Source: a virus. From it: DNA of 64,000 nt. Position 1 is the stretch's first letter. Each line of letters opens with the position of its first letter. The stretch is from the IMG/VR virus record IMGVR_UViG_3300032236_001191, positions 1 to 64,000 of that record; one strand, written 5' to 3'. Shown piece after piece: positions 47,668 through 57,848 of the stretch. Position numbers and translations under genes: made by a program. The notes beneath the pieces are model-generated. The model saw only the letters and a program-made list of their open reading frames with translations. It was not told the origin of the DNA and searched no databases.

Positions 47668-48514
47668 TTTTTCTAATGTACCGGTTTACCTGCCATATCC
47701 TTGGCGAGATCAAACTCTTAATTCTGATTTTAAGGTTAGATTCCCAGACTTTGCAGAACAGCCTAAGATTATCTTTACCGGAGCAGATCTTACACAAACT
47801 CAAGCTGAACATGATAGATTAGTTCTTTATGTTAAAGGTAAACCGTTTAGACTTGAGGACACCGTTAAATCGGAAGATCTTGTTGTTTTTACCTATACAA
47901 CAGATAAAAATGTAGTTGAGTGGCATGGGTATGTAACTAGCATTGAACAAAACTCTGATATTCAAGGCGTAGCGCAAACCTTTATTAATTGTATTGGTGC
48001 ATCCTATGTATTTAAAGATACTGATCAAAAGATTTATAGGGATGTTACGGCAGACCAGGTTGTTGCTAGGGTATGCCAAAAGCATTCTTTTTCTGCCAAT
48101 ACTCAACGGCATCCTCGTGTAAAATCTTCTATCTCTCAAACTGGTCAATCAGATTGGCAGTTTCTTAGGTCTTTGGCTATGCAAACAGGGTACGCTTTAC
48201 GGGCAGATAATACTACCATTACCTTTTGCTCTAAAAATAAAATTACTGATGCTAAAAAAACATCTGCCCCATACTTTTACTATATAGACTCACCTACTGG
48301 TGGAAACGTACCTACTACTCTTAGAACTCTTGGAAGCATAGTTGCCTTTAAACCTATTATCTCTGATTACTCCCCTGAAATGGGTGTTACTGTAGATAGG
48401 GTAGTAAGTGGATTTAACATAGCTGCACAGACCACTGTAAAAACTACACACCCACATTTTGTTAATACTTCAGGTAAAGGTGCTGTAACTCCAAGTCAGG
48501 ATTACTTCTCATGA
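47657..48514 (+). CDS. baseplate hub (gpD/gp27-like), N-terminal part
   Basis: W.GYV, CIGASY, QTGQSDWQFL..LA. Confidence 0.75.
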   Translation: MATNFSNVPVYLPYPWRDQTLNSDFKVRFPDFAEQPKIIFTGADLTQTQAEHDRLVLYVKGKPFRLEDTVKSEDLVVFTYTTDKNVVEWHGYVTSIEQNSDIQGVAQTFINCIGASYVFKDTDQKIYRDVTADQVVARVCQKHSFSANTQRHPRVKSSISQTGQSDWQFLRSLAMQTGYALRADNTTITFCSKNKITDAKKTSAPYFYYIDSPTGGNVPTTLRTLGSIVAFKPIISDYSPEMGVTVDRVVSGFNIAAQTTVKTTHPHFVNTSGKGAVTPSQDYFS

Positions 48515-49110
48515 CAAGTGCGTTTTCTAATCCTAATCCTAAAGCTAAATTTAAAAAGCATTATGTTCATGAGGTAGTTGCAAATGCTAATGACTCTAAG
48601 CTTCTTGCCCTTGACATGGCAAATACGCATAGATATCAGTATAGAGCTACTGTTACAGTTGCCGGTAATTCTTTAGTTAAACCTTATGATCCAATATACC
48701 TGGATGGCTTGCCAAATGGTATGTCTGGTTACTGGACAGTAATATCAGTAACCCATGGTTTTGGTGGTATGGATGGATACTACATAATGACTCTTACTGT
48801 TGGAACTGATGTGCTGGGGGATGTAAATCCAGACGCTGCTACCGCTATTCCAAAAAGAGATGTTGAAGGAGAGTTGGCTGGAACCTCTTTAGAAACTTAT
48901 GACACGATGATTTCTAAATACTCTACTTCGCCAAACTCTTCAGACTTTCCAGCAATATACACCGATGCGGTAAGCCCAAAGGTAACCCCACCCCATACAA
49001 CCATTCCTAACCCAACTCAGGATATTTATGCAGTAACCCCACCCACGTTTAAATCTGGTAAACGTGCTGTAAAATGGACCTCTACAAGTTCTGGGAGGGT
49101 TATTCGATGA
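48511..49110 (+). CDS. baseplate hub, C-terminal part
   Basis: A.V...GN..VKP...I.LDGL...SGYW.V.SVTH. Confidence 0.7.
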   Translation: MTSAFSNPNPKAKFKKHYVHEVVANANDSKLLALDMANTHRYQYRATVTVAGNSLVKPYDPIYLDGLPNGMSGYWTVISVTHGFGGMDGYYIMTLTVGTDVLGDVNPDAATAIPKRDVEGELAGTSLETYDTMISKYSTSPNSSDFPAIYTDAVSPKVTPPHTTIPNPTQDIYAVTPPTFKSGKRAVKWTSTSSGRVIR

Positions 49111-49634
49111 ATGCCGATTTACAACAAAATTTGCAGTACTCTATGGATCCTTTAGGCAGAGTACGTTTTTATGGTATCTATCCTGGGGTAGTGACTGATA
49201 ATAATGATCCCCTAAAAAAGAATCGATTAAAGATTCAGGTGCTTCAACCTACAGGTGGTGAGGTTAGTAATTGGGCTGAAGCCTGCATGCCAGTTACAAG
49301 CATCTCAAACCATCCCGATCATCAAGAGCATACCGCCTCACAAATCGCAGCTTTGCTAACCACTTCATCAGTATCTGCCTCTGATCCTCAGGGAGGATCC
49401 ATTACTATCCCTGCGTTAACGGTGGTAGCAAAAGCTGGAGCAGGTACACTTAAGCATACCCATAAGTCAGATGCCAACTCTGCCCAGAAATGGAATGATA
49501 AGGCTGAGCTAGCTTTGGCCTCTACAGCGGAGCATACGCCCCACCGTTTAGTGCCAAATATTGGACAGACTGTGTGGGTTATGTTTATTGCCGGAGACCC
49601 TGATTACCCTGTATGGATGGGAGTAAAACTATGA
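49107..49634 (+). CDS. baseplate spike OB-fold protein (gp5/gpV/VgrG-N)
   Basis: YPGVVTDNNDPL...RLKIQV, WA, VPNIGQTVWVMFIAGDPDYPVW. Confidence 0.85.
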   Translation: MNADLQQNLQYSMDPLGRVRFYGIYPGVVTDNNDPLKKNRLKIQVLQPTGGEVSNWAEACMPVTSISNHPDHQEHTASQIAALLTTSSVSASDPQGGSITIPALTVVAKAGAGTLKHTHKSDANSAQKWNDKAELALASTAEHTPHRLVPNIGQTVWVMFIAGDPDYPVWMGVKL

Positions 49635-50044
49635 GTGCTATTTCGTATCCATTTACCTTGGATTCTATCGGTGTACTTACAGCTACTAACAATCCTGCAA
49701 AAATTTATTTGGATAGGCTTCTTACGCTACTTTCTACTGAAATTGGTTCTAGACCTATGTCCCCTACATACGGCATAGATCTTCAAAGATTTTTGTTTGA
49801 AAATGATAGCATTCATATTGGCGGTCTTAATAACTCTTTAGGAAAATCTATAGACGCAGCTATCAGGTCTGCGGTAAACATTTGGATGCCTGACATTAGC
49901 GTTGAGGCTATTAACTATGGAGCACCAAATTTTGATGGTATAGCCACTGTGTCTATCCTAATAAGGCTCCCTAATGATTTGACTACAAGTTTAGATATAA
50001 CTACGGCAGTATTTCTTAATACAGGAACGGTGACAAAACTATAA
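49631..50044 (+). CDS. baseplate wedge gp25-like
   Basis: LL.T..GSRPM.PTYG....LFE, W.P.I.V. Confidence 0.85.
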   Translation: MSAISYPFTLDSIGVLTATNNPAKIYLDRLLTLLSTEIGSRPMSPTYGIDLQRFLFENDSIHIGGLNNSLGKSIDAAIRSAVNIWMPDISVEAINYGAPNFDGIATVSILIRLPNDLTTSLDITTAVFLNTGTVTKL

Positions 50045-51597
50045 TGAGCGAAATTCAAATTGACTATACCTCTAGAGATTATGCTGCTCTTAAGTCGGAC
50101 CTTATTAATCTTATCAGTACTAATACCGGTAAAGCTTGGACTCCCACAGATAGCTCTGACCTAGGCAACGTATTAGTAGAAAGCTTTGCATATATGGGCG
50201 ACATTATGTCGTACTATATTGACCGAGTTGCTAATGAAACCACCGTTGCTTCTGCCGTTAAAACAGATACCCTACTTGGGTTTGCATCTCTTTACGGATT
50301 TAAACCTTCTGGCCCAACTCCAGCTACAGTTACCCTAAACTTTACAAATAATGCAGCCTATTCTGTTGACCTACCTATCGGCACTCAAGTAATGGCCCCA
50401 CTTACTTACGGACCATTTGCTCAAGCCTACTTTGAAACTACCCAAGCCTATACAGCTGTTCAACCTGGCCAATCAGTTAATATAACAGCTGTAGAAGGTA
50501 AAACAGTAAATACCGATAAAGAAGACTTTATTGATGCCGTATTCCACAAGCCGCTGCCAGCTAATATTGGTACATCCGATGGTTCAGCCAACCAAGAGTT
50601 TGTAATCTTAGATAAGTATATTGTAGATAGCTCTTTAACTGTGTATGTTGGACAAGGTATTGCGTTTTCTCCATGGAAGTATGTGGATACATTAGTGGAG
50701 TATGGCCCAAATGATCTTGTCTTTACAACACAACAAAATGCTGACAATACGCTTACAGTAATGTTTGGTGACGGAGTAAATGGTTCTATACCACCTTCAA
50801 ACCAGTTAATCAGCGCTTTGTATAAAGTTAGCGTAGGAAAGTATGGCAATATTGTTTCTGGTGCTGTTACTGAACTTACCTTTGTACCTGGAAATGTTGA
50901 TCCTCAAGTTATTACTTACTTTACCGTAACTAACAGCGCTGCAGCTATCGGGGGTTCAGATTCTGATGATACCACCCAACTAAGAAAGAAGATTAAAGCT
51001 GCTGTCGTAGCTCGTCGTAGAGCGGTAACGCTTTCAGACTATGAGTACTTGGCATCTCAAGTTAGCCTTGTAGGTAGAGCTAAAGCATCTGCTTCAGTCT
51101 ATAGCTCTGTTAATATTTATATTCAATCTCAAAATGATGGGTCTGTTACTCCAGGCCTTGTTTCAGGTATTCCTACACCTGCTTGGACTAATCTTCAAAC
51201 GGCTGTTCAAAATTATATGGCTGATAAGGTACCGGTAGGAACTACAGTTACTGTACTACAGCCTACATATGTTCCTATTTATTTAACTGTAAACGTATCT
51301 ATTCAGGCAGCTCAAAAACAAAGCACTATGAAACTTGCTGTATATAAAGCTCTTCTTACAGCAGACACTGGTCTTTTCTCATATGCTAAGAATGAGTTTG
51401 GTCGTTCTATTGTTAAGTCCTCTATTATTTCTACTATCCTTGGAATAACCGGCGGTAGCGTATTAGATGCTACGGTGACCCAGTTAAACATCGATAACGG
51501 AAGTAGCGCAAACTCAATCGTACTCAGTCCTAACCAAATTCCGTACCTTACACCGGCAAACCTCACAATTAACATCACCGGCGGAATCGCCCTCTAA
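50044..51597 (+). CDS. baseplate J-like wedge protein
   Basis: DYTSRDY, GDIMSYYIDRVANE, FGDGVNG, RAVTLSDY. Confidence 0.9.
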   Translation: MSEIQIDYTSRDYAALKSDLINLISTNTGKAWTPTDSSDLGNVLVESFAYMGDIMSYYIDRVANETTVASAVKTDTLLGFASLYGFKPSGPTPATVTLNFTNNAAYSVDLPIGTQVMAPLTYGPFAQAYFETTQAYTAVQPGQSVNITAVEGKTVNTDKEDFIDAVFHKPLPANIGTSDGSANQEFVILDKYIVDSSLTVYVGQGIAFSPWKYVDTLVEYGPNDLVFTTQQNADNTLTVMFGDGVNGSIPPSNQLISALYKVSVGKYGNIVSGAVTELTFVPGNVDPQVITYFTVTNSAAAIGGSDSDDTTQLRKKIKAAVVARRRAVTLSDYEYLASQVSLVGRAKASASVYSSVNIYIQSQNDGSVTPGLVSGIPTPAWTNLQTAVQNYMADKVPVGTTVTVLQPTYVPIYLTVNVSIQAAQKQSTMKLAVYKALLTADTGLFSYAKNEFGRSIVKSSIISTILGITGGSVLDATVTQLNIDNGSSANSIVLSPNQIPYLTPANLTINITGGIAL

Positions 51598-51611
51598 GAT
51601 AGGTAGGTAAA

Positions 51612-52160
51612 ATGGCAGCCTCATACCCAACGCAACCGGCAAACTTTATTGCCAAAGTTGACGTACAAGATACGGTTTATGCAGACCATATCAACACTCT
51701 TCAAAATGAAGTGTATGCAATTGAAACTATTGTTGGAAGCAACCCAAATGTTTCTAATTATACGGGTTCATTTTCTTTAACAAATACATGGACTAGCCTT
51801 ACTGATCGCATTACCAATATTGAACGTGGTTTGGTAAACGGCGTTGGCGGTACCAGCCCTTATTTTGTTAAGACTGGCGATTCAATTACCAGCTCTGTGG
51901 GACAAGTTGGAATTACCGTACGCCCAGTTACAAACAACACTTCAGACCTCATTCAAACCCAAGCTACAGACGGAACAGTAGGGTTTAAAGTAGACTATAC
52001 TGGTAAACCTAAAGTGGGAACATATAACGTGCTGTATGTAAACAGTACAGACTATGCGTCTTTATTAGCGGCAATTGCTAACGCTAATGCGGCGGCAGCT
52101 GCTGCTGCTACCGCTGCGGCTGCAAACCCATTTAATCCATTCCTACTCGGAGGGCTTTAA
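51612..52160 (+). CDS. tail fibre base/linker protein
   Basis: V.ADHIN.LQ.EV.AIE; C-terminal NPFLLGGL. Confidence 0.6.
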   Translation: MAASYPTQPANFIAKVDVQDTVYADHINTLQNEVYAIETIVGSNPNVSNYTGSFSLTNTWTSLTDRITNIERGLVNGVGGTSPYFVKTGDSITSSVGQVGITVRPVTNNTSDLIQTQATDGTVGFKVDYTGKPKVGTYNVLYVNSTDYASLLAAIANANAAAAAAATAAAANPFNPFLLGGL

Positions 52161-52169
52161 TACTAGATT

Positions 52170-55100
52170 ATGTCAAAATATGGTATTGGTATATATGGTG
52201 TAGACACCACTAGGTACGGCGATAAAGAAGCCGGCCGTACTTACTATGCGTCTAATATCAAAGCTTTATCATATGGATATAATAGTGTTTCCTTGGTTTG
52301 GAACTCAATCATTCCAGACCCTGCAGATGTAGACCGTGGGTATTCGCCAACCCACTGGAGATTGATCAAAAGCTTTTCTGGTACTCCAGATAACCCCATT
52401 GATGGAACCTTGGTTTACGGAAGTACTTTTGTTCCGGTAAACAACGTAGGTGGATTTAAAAACTCTTGGGTAGATGAAAACGTATCAGTTTTGGATACTC
52501 AGGTAGTTTATTCTATTTGGGTTTATAACGGTGAATCTTGGATTAATTGTGGTGAAGTATCTACAATCATAGTTCAAGAAACTGAAACAACCTCCTTGAT
52601 TGCTAAATGGCTACCTAAAGCTTGGCTTAACTACTCTAACGGTTTTGGTGATGCAACCGGAGAAATAGAAGACAATGATCTATACAAAGTTCTTAAAGCC
52701 TATAGTTTAATCTATGACCGTCTTCGTGCTGAGGCAAATATTCTACAGCAGTCCTCTTCCCAAAAGCAAATTCACAATAGCTTGTTACGAGCAAGTCTTG
52801 ATCAGCTAGGTTTTGGTTACGAGCCTTCTCTTGGTGACTCTTATCATAGATCTCTTTACAAAGCTGGAAATACTATTAATGCTCTTAAAGGAACTGCAAA
52901 ATCTATTAGCGCCTATGTAACCGGCTTGACACATTTGGGTAATGATATAGTAATCGGCCATAATGAGCTACTTGACTATAATGATTCTTCTTTTGAAGAA
53001 AGCACGGGCCATTGGGGTCTTGACGTAGGAACTTTGGTACAACATACTTATGCAGGTACCGGTACTGGTACAGCCTACGGTGATTTAGGTGTGACAGTGG
53101 CTACGCCTGTAGTTCCTCTATACGATCCTTTAAGCCCACCACGTATGGCTGGATTTGCATCTGTTGCTATGCCTGCTGCACCAAGTGTTGCTAATCCCAC
53201 CCCACAAACTTCTACGCTATCCCTTCCCGCAGTAGGATTGAGCGTTACTAATTACGGAGTTCCAGTAAAGCCAAAAACTCGCTATCTATTTTCTGGCTGG
53301 GCAAAGCATTTAGATAACCCAGCAACAGTTTCAGCATACATAACTTGGTACGCATACAATGGAAATGTTATCTCAACTACTGCTGCCCCAACTACTTTGA
53401 CCACAACTACATCATGGGCTGAGTTTACCTCTAAAAATGATGTCGGACGAAATGGGGTTTTATCTCCAGACACTGCAGTTTATGCAACCATCAGGGTAGT
53501 GGTAGTGCCAACAACTTTGCTAGCTAGTACATGCTTGTTTGATCTGTTTCAATTATCAGATGCAAGTAAGAGCTTAGAGTTTGAAGATGCTAGAAAAGTT
53601 AGAGTGTATCTTCGTGGAGAACGTGAGAACTTCCTTCACAACCCAGATTTTGAAGAAGGTTCTGGCGGATGGATTGCCTCTGATAACGGGTCGTTTGCAC
53701 AAGACCCTACGGTGTACAACACCTCAATCTATCATGGCTCATGTCTTGGAGAACTGACAGTTGTTACCCCAGGCCTAGCGTACGTATCTTCTGACTGGTT
53801 TGTTGTAGAGCCTGGACAAAACTATACGTTTAGCGGTTGGATTAGTAGCCACTATCCAAATATTGGCCATGTCAAGGCACGTATTGAATTTTCTAACCGT
53901 GAGTCAATCGATAAACAAACTCAAATCTTAAATGATTCAGATGGGTACTATTACGAAAACCAAGCCTACTATGTAGACTCTGATCCTTACCTACTATCTG
54001 CTCACACAGTTTTAGATGATAACGGCAACGTAATCGTAGATGCTTTTGAACCAGGAACTCCTCCGCAGTATGTGCCTACAAAGGTACAAGTTTCTGTAAC
54101 GGGTATCGCACCCCAGTATACACGTGATTCCGGAATGCCTATGGCTAAGGTATCTATTGTGCTATTAGATGCAGCAAACGCTGAACCTAGCTGGACTGTA
54201 TACATGGATGGTTTTTCCGTTCAAGCAGCTACCACAGCAGTTCCTTTCTTTTCAGGAAATGGTGCACCACTTCCTGTTGATCCTGTAAATGATTTGTTCT
54301 TTCCTGCTGGAGATACTTTCTGGGAAACTAAGAACATTATTAATTTAATCCAGAACCCTTCATTTGAAACTACTAGTAACTGGACAACAGCTACTGGAAC
54401 AACTTTGACTACTGATACAGGTGGAATGGCAGCGGTTAGAGCTGTGCTTCCTAACGGTACTCTTGAAAATGCTATCGGACCAGAGCCGTATGGACCAAAG
54501 TTTGGTACCAAGATTGGCAAGGTTGCCTATTCTCCAACTGTTGGTGGATCCATCAGCACTACCGTTTATCTTCCATCTCCGGCAGTTGGTGGAGAAGACT
54601 TTGTGGTATCAGCATCTGTTCGTGCTGCAGAAGGAGTTTATGTAATCTCTACTTCTGGTAACGGTGCCACCTCACAAAACAGTATCGAAGTTTATCAGCA
54701 TGACCAGTATCAGTGGATTCGTATTGCTGCTGTTCGTCAGCTAGTGCCTGGTGAAACTTCATTTACAGTAACTTTAGGCATTACCCCACCACCACCATTC
54801 TTTCCAGGTGGACCGGCTGGATATACTATTGGACCTACAAGTTTTTTCCATGTTGATGGTTTTCAAGCAGAGTATGGCCGAATTCCTAATGGTTTCTTAG
54901 ACCCAGCCCTTACATCTACCCACACTGTTTCTAACCCGGGTAACCCTTCTACGTTAATGTACGTGGGACAAACTCAAAGTAAAAATGGTGGTAAGAGTAG
55001 CTTTATATATAACTATGGGGTTAAAACAGCTAGACTAAGAGAATCCCTAGGATTAATTATGCCTAGCGGAAGTTCTTGGTGCATTAAGTCAGGAATTCCT

Positions 55101-55661
55101 ACAGAGGAATACCCAGAGTTAATTGAGTCGTTAATTCCATCTGCATCTTTTGAAAAAGACCTTGGTTCTTGGACGGGTACTAACTCAACTCTTGCTAGAG
55201 TTATCTCTAGAGGATCTTTGTTTAATGAGTTTGTAACTCATGGAGCTGCCTATGCTTTGGTAAAAACTTCTGGAACAAACAATGCCACAAAGTCATTTGG
55301 TATTTCTACTGGACATGTAACCGTCTTGCCAGGTCGTGGATACTACGCATCTGTAGCTATACGACCAGCTAACTCTGATTCTTTGGGTTCTTATACTCTG
55401 AGAGTTGACTTCTATAATGCTAGCGGAGGACTAATCCCAGTATATAAGACAGTCAATAACGCACAAGTTTTGGCTACTGATGAATATCGTTCAGTAACTA
55501 TTAACGTTACGCATACAGACCGTTGGGCATATATTGCCAAAGTCTTGCCAGCCTTTACGACTTTGACAGCCTCATATGCTATACTTACCGTTACATATAA
55601 CCCAACAAGTTATGTGGCAGGTCAAGCTTTCCATATTGACAGGGCTGTATTTAGAGAGTAG
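52170..55661 (+). CDS. baseplate gpI-like protein with CBM-like repeats
   Basis: KGTAKSI motif; repeated NPxFE/SFE...W domains. Confidence 0.7.
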   Translation: MSKYGIGIYGVDTTRYGDKEAGRTYYASNIKALSYGYNSVSLVWNSIIPDPADVDRGYSPTHWRLIKSFSGTPDNPIDGTLVYGSTFVPVNNVGGFKNSWVDENVSVLDTQVVYSIWVYNGESWINCGEVSTIIVQETETTSLIAKWLPKAWLNYSNGFGDATGEIEDNDLYKVLKAYSLIYDRLRAEANILQQSSSQKQIHNSLLRASLDQLGFGYEPSLGDSYHRSLYKAGNTINALKGTAKSISAYVTGLTHLGNDIVIGHNELLDYNDSSFEESTGHWGLDVGTLVQHTYAGTGTGTAYGDLGVTVATPVVPLYDPLSPPRMAGFASVAMPAAPSVANPTPQTSTLSLPAVGLSVTNYGVPVKPKTRYLFSGWAKHLDNPATVSAYITWYAYNGNVISTTAAPTTLTTTTSWAEFTSKNDVGRNGVLSPDTAVYATIRVVVVPTTLLASTCLFDLFQLSDASKSLEFEDARKVRVYLRGERENFLHNPDFEEGSGGWIASDNGSFAQDPTVYNTSIYHGSCLGELTVVTPGLAYVSSDWFVVEPGQNYTFSGWISSHYPNIGHVKARIEFSNRESIDKQTQILNDSDGYYYENQAYYVDSDPYLLSAHTVLDDNGNVIVDAFEPGTPPQYVPTKVQVSVTGIAPQYTRDSGMPMAKVSIVLLDAANAEPSWTVYMDGFSVQAATTAVPFFSGNGAPLPVDPVNDLFFPAGDTFWETKNIINLIQNPSFETTSNWTTATGTTLTTDTGGMAAVRAVLPNGTLENAIGPEPYGPKFGTKIGKVAYSPTVGGSISTTVYLPSPAVGGEDFVVSASVRAAEGVYVISTSGNGATSQNSIEVYQHDQYQWIRIAAVRQLVPGETSFTVTLGITPPPPFFPGGPAGYTIGPTSFFHVDGFQAEYGRIPNGFLDPALTSTHTVSNPGNPSTLMYVGQTQSKNGGKSSFIYNYGVKTARLRESLGLIMPSGSSWCIKSGIPTEEYPELIESLIPSASFEKDLGSWTGTNSTLARVISRGSLFNEFVTHGAAYALVKTSGTNNATKSFGISTGHVTVLPGRGYYASVAIRPANSDSLGSYTLRVDFYNASGGLIPVYKTVNNAQVLATDEYRSVTINVTHTDRWAYIAKVLPAFTTLTASYAILTVTYNPTSYVAGQAFHIDRAVFRE

Positions 55662-55666
55662 GCAAA

Positions 55667-55933
55667 ATGACCAACGTTATACTTGCGGGAATGGCAACTG
55701 CGCTTATCCTAAACGTAGTTGAGACATTTATATACTCATTGGGCAAATGGCGGGGTCTATTGGCCCTAGGAGCCGCTTTTGGTGGTTTGGGTACCTTGGG
55801 TATCAAATTGTCTTATTTGCCCGTCTATGGCCTTGCTACGACCTTTTTAGGGCTAGTTCTGTCCCTATCCGTAGAACAAATTTTTTCCGGGGTTGATGCA
55901 AAGCAGCTTCCTAAAAGGATCCCAGTACGATAA
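55667..55933 (+). CDS. small membrane protein (holin candidate)
   Basis: 2-3 hydrophobic segments, basic C-terminus, end of structural operon. Confidence 0.5.
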   Translation: MTNVILAGMATALILNVVETFIYSLGKWRGLLALGAAFGGLGTLGIKLSYLPVYGLATTFLGLVLSLSVEQIFSGVDAKQLPKRIPVR

Positions 55934-55961
55934 TCTTTACCTCCTGAGACAGGAGGGTCTT

Positions 55962-56873
55962 ATGAAACAACCACCATCGTGGGATGACAAACGCTTTTCG
56001 CTAAGAGCAAAAGCAATCTACAACATCTACATCCAATACGGACGTGTGCTATCTGCAGATGAACTTGTGTCACAGCTCAAAGAAGGCCGTGACGCTATTC
56101 AGACTGCCATAAATGAACTTAAAGCTTATAACTACATTCGTGTAACCCGACGACAAATTAACGGCCAGTACATTAGTCACCTTAAGTTTGTGGAAAGTCA
56201 GGCCCTGGAAACCAGGACCGGAAACTCAGGGCACCTATACATAGATAGCTTACAAGCTAATAGCTTAAGTAATAGTATAGATATAGATACTAACGTATCT
56301 ATATCTATAGGGGCTGCGCCCCTTGAGAAGAAGGAGTCTGAAATGGCATGGCCAGGTTTTGAAGAAGAAGTTGTTACGCCTAAGAAGAACCTTCGTGCGA
56401 AGCTGGACTCAGACGATGACTCAGGCGCCGTAGGCAAGGTTGTAGACAAAGCTGCTTTACGCAGACTGAAATACAAAAAGACAACTTTTGAATCCACACC
56501 ACGCTCAGCCAAGCGCCACGACCTTCCAGAAGAAGAGTGGGCTAGTCCTGAGCTTGTAGGTGAGTTCTACGACTTGATGCGTGAGAAAGCTACAGGTGCC
56601 CCAAACCAAGTTAACGGTTCAGACCTTGGAAGTTGGATCAACAAGCAAAAAGGTTCCGGCACAGAGTACGTATCAATTCTCAAAGCCATACGAATGTTCT
56701 TTGCTGATCCAAGAAACTTGCACGATGTTGGCACAGGTCCTTCATTAATGCACCGCTTTATGGCATACTATGGAACTGTATGGGGAATTGTCACAAAGGA
56801 CGTGAAGTCTAAGTACGAAGACGACGAGCTACTTGCAAGTCAGGAACGTATGCTTAAACTATTGGAGGGGTAA
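55962..56873 (+). CDS. replication initiator-like HTH protein
   Basis: LRAKAIY...EGRDAIQTAINELKAYNYI; internal palindrome; upstream of DnaC-like gene; SD AGGAGG. Confidence 0.7.
   Translation: MKQPPSWDDKRFSLRAKAIYNIYIQYGRVLSADELVSQLKEGRDAIQTAINELKAYNYIRVTRRQINGQYISHLKFVESQALETRTGNSGHLYIDSLQANSLSNSIDIDTNVSISIGAAPLEKKESEMAWPGFEEEVVTPKKNLRAKLDSDDDSGAVGKVVDKAALRRLKYKKTTFESTPRSAKRHDLPEEEWASPELVGEFYDLMREKATGAPNQVNGSDLGSWINKQKGSGTEYVSILKAIRMFFADPRNLHDVGTGPSLMHRFMAYYGTVWGIVTKDVKSKYEDDELLASQERMLKLLEG
56276..56309. repeat. perfect 15-bp AT-rich inverted repeat, putative origin element
   Basis: TATAGATATAGATAC-TAAC-GTATCTATATCTATA. Confidence 0.75.
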
Positions 56874-57553
56874 TGTATAAACTCGATGAATTGCCAGGAT
56901 CCATCAAGTCACAGATTCGCCGTTCCAATGTCCCAATGAAAAGCATCGGTTTAGAATTTTCAGATTTAGATCCCAGCCCTACTCTGGACGCCGTACAACT
57001 ATGGGTAGAGCAAGTGAAAGCAGGGAAGATCATCCAGGCATCAGGAGAGCCAAGCTGTGGACTCGGCTTACTTCTGATTGGTGAACCCGGTCATGGGAAG
57101 ACAACAATCGCATCAACAACGCTACAGACTCTGGTTCGGACTGTACCAAGGTTGATGTGGGGTAATCCGGAGGGCACAGTAAGGCGTCAAACTTACTTTT
57201 CGGATTATCCAAAACTTTTACGTCTACAGAAATATCTGTGGAATGCTGAAGACGATGACGACTCAAACTTGCTTATGCAGGGTCTTCATGGAGACGCAGG
57301 TAAAGAAAACAATGTACCAGTATTTGTCTTAGATGATATTGGTAAAGAGTACCGAACTGCAAACGGTTGGGCAGAAAATACGTTTGATTCAATTTTGAGA
57401 TCACGATTTAATGCTGGACTTCCAACCATCGTTACGACAAATGTCCCCCTAAAAGACTGGGGTACAGTGTATGGTGAACCAATGGGCAGTTTTGCTCATG
57501 AAGCTTTTATACCACTTGTGGTAAAATCTAGTCGAGGGGATCGTAGAAAATGA
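56873..57553 (+). CDS. DnaC/IstB-like helicase loader ATPase
   Basis: GEPGHGKT, VLDDIGKE, PTIVTTN, DRR. Confidence 0.88.
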   Translation: MYKLDELPGSIKSQIRRSNVPMKSIGLEFSDLDPSPTLDAVQLWVEQVKAGKIIQASGEPSCGLGLLLIGEPGHGKTTIASTTLQTLVRTVPRLMWGNPEGTVRRQTYFSDYPKLLRLQKYLWNAEDDDDSNLLMQGLHGDAGKENNVPVFVLDDIGKEYRTANGWAENTFDSILRSRFNAGLPTIVTTNVPLKDWGTVYGEPMGSFAHEAFIPLVVKSSRGDRRK

Positions 57554-57846
57554 GGACGTCAATGAATCAGTGGCAAGCCACGCAGTTATTCTTGTCTGAT
57601 ACAGGTGTGCACGAGGTTGAGGTAAACCTTGGCAGCCACCGTCTACGATGCAACTGTAATGGCTACAGTGCCAGATCAAACTGTAAGCACACTAGGTTTG
57701 TAAAAGAGAAGATGGATAACAACGGTGGAGTTTATCCAACCGAAGTTTCAACACGTATCTCTAAGATCGAAACTATGGTTGCTAGCCAAGATCCAGAAGC
57801 TTTTAGAAAGATGCTGATTAACTACGGCAAAATAGAAGTGGTTTAA
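57550..57846 (+). CDS. SWIM zinc-finger protein
   Basis: CNC......CKH. Confidence 0.75.
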   Translation: MRTSMNQWQATQLFLSDTGVHEVEVNLGSHRLRCNCNGYSARSNCKHTRFVKEKMDNNGGVYPTEVSTRISKIETMVASQDPEAFRKMLINYGKIEVV

Positions 57847-57848
57847 TC

